A stretch of 57,771 bases of DNA from Micrococcales bacterium (GTDB lineage Bacteria; Actinomycetota; Actinomycetes; Actinomycetales; Microbacteriaceae), in NCBI GenBank assembly GCA_046074285.1, contig JBJTOA010000101.1, positions 1 to 57,771 of the forward strand, read 5' to 3'. Below the pieces are notes generated by a model. That model was given only the letters and a program-made list of their open reading frames with translations. It was not told where the DNA came from and did not search any database. This document shows positions 52,518-57,771 of this stretch, piece after piece; the stretch's first letter is position 1; every line of letters begins with the position of its first letter. The position numbers and the translations under genes are program-made.

Positions 52518-54092
52518 ATGGCTAAACCATCAGAAAACGACGGCAAGAAGAGGGGATTCTTCGCACGTCTTCTCGGAGACACCCCAGAAGCGAAACCAGC
52601 CGAGCAACCAGCAGCTGCCAAAGCGGTCGCCTTGCCGGCAGCTAAACCCGCACCGAAGTCAGAAAGCACCAAAATCCCTACCAAATCAAAGCCTGAGCCT
52701 GCTGCCAAAGCAAAGCCAGCTCCCGCCAAATCTGAGCCTAAACCTAAGTCAACGACCACCCCTGCAGCTAAGACCGCAGCAAAGCCAGCGGTTGAAAAGC
52801 CTGCAAAGCCGGCAGCTAAACCTGCTGCGAAACCAGTTGTCGAGAAAGCAGTCGCAAAACCTGCGGCCAAAGCGACACCGAGCAAGGGTCCTGCCAAAGA
52901 AGCTAAAGCCGCAAAACCGGCAAAGGCTACAAAGTTGCCTAAAGACATGCAGGATGACGACGAGGAAATTGATGAGGAGATCGACGAGGAACTCGAAAGC
53001 GTTGAAGAAATTGTTGAAGAAGCGGTAGCCGCCTCTGAAGTTGTTGCCGAAGAAGAAGCTGCAGCAGCAGAAGAAGACGTCGAAGACGCAGCGAAAAAAG
53101 AGCTTGAAGAAAAAGGCGCTCTTGTACTTTCGCACAGTGACGAAGATGATATTCCAGCTCAAACCACCACTATCTCTGGTGCGACAGCCGACCCGGTAAA
53201 AGACTACCTAAAGCAAATCGGTAAGGTTGCGCTGCTGAACGCAGAGCTCGAGGTTGAACTGGCAAAGCGCATTGAAGCTGGCCTGTTTGCTGAAGAGAAG
53301 CTAAACGCAGATAAGAATCTCACTGCAGACATGCGCAGAGACCTTAACTGGGTTAAGAAAGACGGCGAACGAGCCAAGAGCCACTTGCTTGAGGCAAACC
53401 TTCGTTTGGTGGTGTCACTAGCAAAGCGTTACACGGGTCGTGGCATGCAGTTCCTTGACCTGATTCAAGAGGGAAACCTTGGTCTGATTCGCGCTGTTGA
53501 AAAGTTCGACTACACCAAGGGCTACAAGTTCTCGACTTATGCAACCTGGTGGATTCGCCAGGCTATTACCCGTGCAATGGCCGACCAGGCAAGAACAATT
53601 CGTATCCCAGTTCACATGGTTGAAGTAATTAATAAGCTCAGCCGCGTGCAGCGCCAGCTGCTTCAAGACTTGGGCCGCGAACCTACCCCAGAAGAACTGG
53701 CCCGCGAACTCGACATGACACCTGAGAAGGTTGTCGAAGTTCAGAAGTATGGCCGCGAGCCCATCTCGCTTTCAACTCCTCTTGGTGAGGATGGTGACAG
53801 CGAATTCGGTGATCTGATTGAAGACACCGAAGCCGTGGTCCCGGTTGATGCGGTTACCAAAGCAATGCTCGCTCGTGAACTCGAGAGAATCCTTGAATCT
53901 CTGCCAGAACGCGAAGCCGGGGTTATCCGCAGTCGTTTCGGTATGGGTGATGGTGTTCAGAAGACGCTTGACCAGATCGGTGAAAAATTCGGCGTTACCC
54001 GCGAGCGCATCCGTCAAATCGAAAGTAAAACTATGGCAAAGCTGCGCCACCCTTCACGCGCACAGCTTCTGCGTGACTTTATGGATAACTGA
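52518..54092 (+). CDS. rpoD: Primary RNA polymerase sigma factor (SigA/HrdB)
   Basis: [37 protein letters not shown] and [13 protein letters not shown] 52518 follows RBS GGGAGG. Confidence 0.96.
   Translation: MAKPSENDGKKRGFFARLLGDTPEAKPAEQPAAAKAVALPAAKPAPKSESTKIPTKSKPEPAAKAKPAPAKSEPKPKSTTTPAAKTAAKPAVEKPAKPAAKPAAKPVVEKAVAKPAAKATPSKGPAKEAKAAKPAKATKLPKDMQDDDEEIDEEIDEELESVEEIVEEAVAASEVVAEEEAAAAEEDVEDAAKKELEEKGALVLSHSDEDDIPAQTTTISGATADPVKDYLKQIGKVALLNAELEVELAKRIEAGLFAEEKLNADKNLTADMRRDLNWVKKDGERAKSHLLEANLRLVVSLAKRYTGRGMQFLDLIQEGNLGLIRAVEKFDYTKGYKFSTYATWWIRQAITRAMADQARTIRIPVHMVEVINKLSRVQRQLLQDLGREPTPEELARELDMTPEKVVEVQKYGREPISLSTPLGEDGDSEFGDLIEDTEAVVPVDAVTKAMLARELERILESLPEREAGVIRSRFGMGDGVQKTLDQIGEKFGVTRERIRQIESKTMAKLRHPSRAQLLRDFMDN
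52590..53100 (+). repeat. Low-complexity coding region in sigA: AKPA-type basic repeats followed by an Asp/Glu-rich tract
   Basis: Repeated AKPAA/EKPAK units, then [15 protein letters not shown]. Confidence 0.6.
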
Positions 54093-55363
54093 TGCTTTAT
54101 GCGCCGGCCATCATTATTGGTCGAATCCTGCGTTTTTTTATTCGCCGTTTTCGCCCAGGTGGAGGGTCTGCGCTTCCAGGGCTCATAGTAAGCAAGATTG
54201 CACCCGGGCTGCTCGTGAAGACTCTCAGGAGTTTTCCAGAAGGGATTGTGGTTGTAACAGGTAGCGCGGGAAAATCAACCACCACCAAAATGCTAGTAGC
54301 AATTGCCCGAGCCCACGGCAAGCAGGTATTTACCAATCCATCCACCGCAAACATTGCGCAGGGTTTTTATTCGACGATTGTGCAGCGGGCGAGTTTGCTC
54401 GGTCGAATTCCTGGTGAACTGGCTATTTTTGAAATGGATGAGGGACACGCAGCTGAGGTGGTTCGCGATGTCAAACCAAAGCAAGTCACGATTCTTAATG
54501 TCGTCGAAGATCAACTAGATCGCTTCGTTGAACCGGCGTTCGTGCGAGACAAACTAGAGGCTGTGGCTCTCGCTTGCTCTGGTGCCGTAATTCTTAATGG
54601 TGATGACCAGAACACTTTGCTGATTGCAGAAGCTGCAAAGAGTAATGGCCAAGGTTCTGCCCTAGCGTGGTTCTCGGTAGAAGGCTCGAAAGCAGCTAAA
54701 TCTCTTGGTTATGCACCCACCTACCTCGATGAGCTGCCTCGAGTAACAGGCAGCACAGTGGTAAAGAAACTTGATGGTAAGAAAGTCGAAATCCAAAGTT
54801 ACGGTCAAAACGTCTCGTTCGACTTGCCTAACCGCGGCTTGCACTTTGCTCTGGATGCTGCTGCTGCCCTTGAAAGCGCCAAGCAACTGCTAGGCGAAAC
54901 ATTCTCGCTTGAATTGGCAGTGAGCGTATTAGATAAGTTGCCGCCGGTGTTTGCCCGCGGTGAAGTTCGTGAGGTTAGGGGAGTTCCAGTTGAATTCATC
55001 CTGGTTCAAAACCCAATCAGCATGCAGTTGAACATCGATAACCTCGCAGCAGATTTAGAGAGCGTCATGTTCGCTATTGGTCGCGATGTGCACGACCCAA
55101 GTTGGTTGTGGACTGTCAAGCCTTCAAAGTTGAAGAAGGTGCAAGTGGTAACCGGGTTTAACTGCGCTGAGGCAGAACTTTGGTGCCGTTACAGCGGTGT
55201 TGAGGTGCAGTTTTCTACTGATGATCTTGAGGCAGCCTGGAACCACTGGCTTGCGCTGCCCGAACCAGAACACGGTCTTCGCACCGTAGTTTTTTCGGCA
55301 GATGTCATGCGCCGTTCACGTCGCATGTTGGGATTCACCAACCCTGAAGAAGTTGAGCGATGA
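54092..55363 (+). CDS. murT: MurT-family Mur ligase (DUF1727 C-terminus)
   Basis: GGSALPG, VTGSAGKSTTT, FEMDEG, N...DQLDRF, LNGDD, LVQNP and HDPSWLW; paired with a gatD-like gene. Confidence 0.85.
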   Translation: MLYAPAIIIGRILRFFIRRFRPGGGSALPGLIVSKIAPGLLVKTLRSFPEGIVVVTGSAGKSTTTKMLVAIARAHGKQVFTNPSTANIAQGFYSTIVQRASLLGRIPGELAIFEMDEGHAAEVVRDVKPKQVTILNVVEDQLDRFVEPAFVRDKLEAVALACSGAVILNGDDQNTLLIAEAAKSNGQGSALAWFSVEGSKAAKSLGYAPTYLDELPRVTGSTVVKKLDGKKVEIQSYGQNVSFDLPNRGLHFALDAAAALESAKQLLGETFSLELAVSVLDKLPPVFARGEVREVRGVPVEFILVQNPISMQLNIDNLAADLESVMFAIGRDVHDPSWLWTVKPSKLKKVQVVTGFNCAEAELWCRYSGVEVQFSTDDLEAAWNHWLALPEPEHGLRTVVFSADVMRRSRRMLGFTNPEEVER

Positions 55364-55974
55364 TTCAGTTAGTTTCAGTTTTTCAAGAGTCGCTGAACCT
55401 CAACGGTGATCAGGCTAACTTGGCTGTGCTTGCCGATTATCTCGAACGTTGTGGGGTAGAGGTCAAGCTCACCAACGTTACCAGCGCCCGTGAGTTGAGT
55501 ACCTCGAAGCCAGACTTTGTCTTTTTCGGGCACGGTTCTGCTGCAGCACACGCTCAGATTGACGATGAGCTTCTAGCCATTGCCGAACAGTTAAGAGGCA
55601 CAAATATTCCAGTGCTGTTTATTGGCTCTTCAGTTGAATTTGCAGTTGAAAAGCTGGGCCTCGGCGATCACAGAATCTCTCGGTCAGAACGTGAGTCGCT
55701 TTTTTCGGTTGGCGAGCTAGCAAACCTAAAGGTTTTGGGCTATCGCAATACCGACAGCGGCTTGCCTGATATCTGGCAAGATGGCAAGTTGGTTTTCTCG
55801 ATGCTGCATGGTCCGGTTTTAGCAAAAAACCCTAGGCTGCTGGCTTGGCTTGCGAATGAGATTACGCCAGCAAAGCCACTGGCAAATCAACGTGACTGGT
55901 TCGGCAAACTAAACGAAGTTTGCCAAAGAATCTGGGAACTAGAAACTGAAGAGAAGTTTGAGCCGCTAGTTTAG
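55360..55974 (+). CDS. gatD: GatD/CobQ-like class I glutamine amidotransferase homologue lacking the catalytic Cys
   Basis: LNL.GD..N, DFVFFG.GS and LHGP.L.KNP match GatD; the nucleophile position reads FIGSS instead of xICGG. Confidence 0.78.
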   Translation: MIQLVSVFQESLNLNGDQANLAVLADYLERCGVEVKLTNVTSARELSTSKPDFVFFGHGSAAAHAQIDDELLAIAEQLRGTNIPVLFIGSSVEFAVEKLGLGDHRISRSERESLFSVGELANLKVLGYRNTDSGLPDIWQDGKLVFSMLHGPVLAKNPRLLAWLANEITPAKPLANQRDWFGKLNEVCQRIWELETEEKFEPLV

Positions 55975-56198
55975 CGGGCTAGAAGTTTGGCCGACTCGTC
56001 GTGCCACGAGATAGCAATCGGCTCGAGTTTCGCCTTGTTTTCATTAGCGTGGTGCAGGCAAAACAGCAGTTCCCCGGTAGCCAAGCCGACGCGCACATAA
56101 GCCTGAGCACCACATGCGTCACAACGGTCAGCAACTGTCAACTCTGATGCCTCTACTAGTGTCGGGCTCTCAGCGGTCTTGATTTCGTTGTCTTCCAT
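55971..56198 (-). CDS. Small conserved actinobacterial Cys/His (zinc-binding) protein
   Basis: DRCDACGAQAYV...L.FC.HH; usual position divergent from parE; RBS AGGAGG. Confidence 0.82.
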   Translation of the reverse strand: MEDNEIKTAESPTLVEASELTVADRCDACGAQAYVRVGLATGELLFCLHHANENKAKLEPIAISWHDESAKLLAR

Positions 56199-56309
56199 GG
56201 TGTCCTCCTGTTACTCAACTATTTGAACACAGACTCACGACTTTTACTTCCCAAAACACCCCGATTTCGCTAACTGCGAAGTGCTGGTTTGTCGCTTAGC
56301 ATTTCAAGG

Positions 56310-57771
56310 ATGCCAAACACCGAATATTCCGCCAGACACCTTTCAGTTCTCGAAGGCTTAGAAGCCGTTCGCAAGCGACCAGGTATGTACATTGGGTCTA
56401 CCGACTCACGCGGATTGATGCACTGTCTTTGGGAAATCATCGATAACTCAGTAGACGAAGCTCTTGCCGGGTTTGGGAGCAAGATCGAAATTGAACTGCA
56501 CCAGGATGGCAGCGTTTCGGTGCTTGATAAAGCACGCGGCATTCCAGTTGACATCGAGCCAAAAACCGGGCTCTCAGGTGTCGAAGTGGTCTTCACCAAG
56601 CTTCACGCCGGTGGCAAATTCGGCAGCGGTTCCTACGCGGCTTCAGGCGGTTTGCACGGTGTGGGTGCATCCGTGGTTAATGCCTTGTCGCAGCGACTAG
56701 ATGTTGAAGTTGACCGAGATGGCAAGACCTGGGCCATGTCATTTAGAAGAGGCGAACCGGGAACTTTCGATGACAGCAAGGGAATCTCGCCTAGTAACGA
56801 TTTCAGCCCATTCACCGATAAGAGCATGCTGCGTGAAGTTGGCAAAGTAGCGAAGGGTGTCACCGGTACGCGCGTTCGTTACTGGGCTGATCCGCAGATT
56901 TTTATCAAGGATGCATCATTTTCGAGTGAGGATTTATTAGCCCGCGCCAGACAGACCGCATTTTTGGTTCCCGGTTTGGCGATTGCGATTCGCGATGACC
57001 GCGCAAGTGAACCTCTGATTCACGACTTCAAGTTTGATGGTGGCCTTGTCGAATTCGCTGAGTTTCTCGCGACTGACGCACCTTTGACCGCCACTTGGCG
57101 ACTTGACGGTGAGGGCGAATTTACTGAGACGGTGCCGGTGCTTGATGACAAGGGCAACATGGTTTCACGCGAAGTTGCTCGCAAGTGCCAGGTTGAAATT
57201 GCTCTGCGCTGGGGAACCGGTTATGACACGAGCGTCAAGACATTTGTGAACATCATTGCTACGCCAAAGGGTGGAACCCACCTCGCAGGCTTTGAGCAGG
57301 GCTTGCTCAAAACTGTGCGCGCTCAGGTAGATGCCAACGCCCGCAAGCTCAAACTCGGCAACGACAAAATCGAGAAAGAAGATGCTCTCGCTGGGCTTAC
57401 GGCAGTCATTGCTGTTCGATTGGCAGAACCTCAGTTCGAAGGTCAAACCAAGGAAGTTCTGGGAACACCTGCGGTTAGGAATATTGTCGCGAATGTAGTT
57501 TCAAAGAAACTGCTAGAACGCCTTGAGAGTTCAAAGCGCGATGACAAGGCGCAGGCTGCCTTGCTGTTAGAAAAAATCGTCACCGAAATGAAGTCGCGCA
57601 TTTCTGCGCGCACTCACAAAGAGACTCAGCGACGCAAGAACGCGCTCGAGAACTCATCTCTGCCGACCAAGCTGGTTGATTGTCGCAGTCAAGAAACCGA
57701 GGGCAGTGAGCTTTTCATAGTCGAGGGTGACTCTGCGCTTGGCACCGCGAAACTCGCTCGTAATAGTGAGT
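56310..57771 (+). CDS. parE: Type II topoisomerase B subunit (topoisomerase IV ParE), 3'-partial
   Basis: Absent from the ORF track because no stop occurs in the window. From ATG 56310 it reads MPNTEYSARHLSVLEGLEAVRKRPGMYIGSTD...LHAGGKF...GGLHGVG...FIVEGDSA. Its position near sigA rather than dnaA favours parE over gyrB. Confidence 0.9.
   Translation, partial: MPNTEYSARHLSVLEGLEAVRKRPGMYIGSTDSRGLMHCLWEIIDNSVDEALAGFGSKIEIELHQDGSVSVLDKARGIPVDIEPKTGLSGVEVVFTKLHAGGKFGSGSYAASGGLHGVGASVVNALSQRLDVEVDRDGKTWAMSFRRGEPGTFDDSKGISPSNDFSPFTDKSMLREVGKVAKGVTGTRVRYWADPQIFIKDASFSSEDLLARARQTAFLVPGLAIAIRDDRASEPLIHDFKFDGGLVEFAEFLATDAPLTATWRLDGEGEFTETVPVLDDKGNMVSREVARKCQVEIALRWGTGYDTSVKTFVNIIATPKGGTHLAGFEQGLLKTVRAQVDANARKLKLGNDKIEKEDALAGLTAVIAVRLAEPQFEGQTKEVLGTPAVRNIVANVVSKKLLERLESSKRDDKAQAALLLEKIVTEMKSRISARTHKETQRRKNALENSSLPTKLVDCRSQETEGSELFIVEGDSALGTAKLARNSE

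Noticed and set aside
52441-53162. Alternative-frame and antisense ORFs over the sigA N-terminus, and similar ones over the sucB linker and glnA2
   Set aside because: They are explained by stop-poor low-complexity or biased codon usage on the real strand.

Overview
Core-genome window of a genome-streamlined actinobacterium. Gene order and protein sequences point to Microbacteriaceae, probably a freshwater Rhodoluna/Aquiluna-like lineage (inference; GC looks like the low 50s % by eye). It is densely packed with housekeeping genes: era, leuA, recO, uppS, glyQS, dusB, dgt, dnaG, def, tdk, aceE-fabD-fabH-acp-fabF, ppgK, map, panB, nadE, two glnA plus glnE, lipA/lipB, sucB-lpdA-pepA, sigA, murT-gatD and a partial parE. 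It also has three tRNAs (Asn, Ile2, Val), the RNase P RNA and a Leu-rich leader peptide before leuA. I saw no CRISPR array, IS element, integrase or prophage. The best leads are inside ordinary-looking genes. (1) MurT is intact but its GatD partner lacks the catalytic Cys, so the pair is a candidate ligase for the group-B peptidoglycan bridge. (2) A two-component pair has lost its phosphorylation residues in both partners. (3) The primary sigma factor starts with a MinD-like membrane-targeting helix. (4) Many genes have leaderless promoters, and two divergent pairs share overlapping -10 boxes. All calls come from reading motifs by eye; no database search was run.
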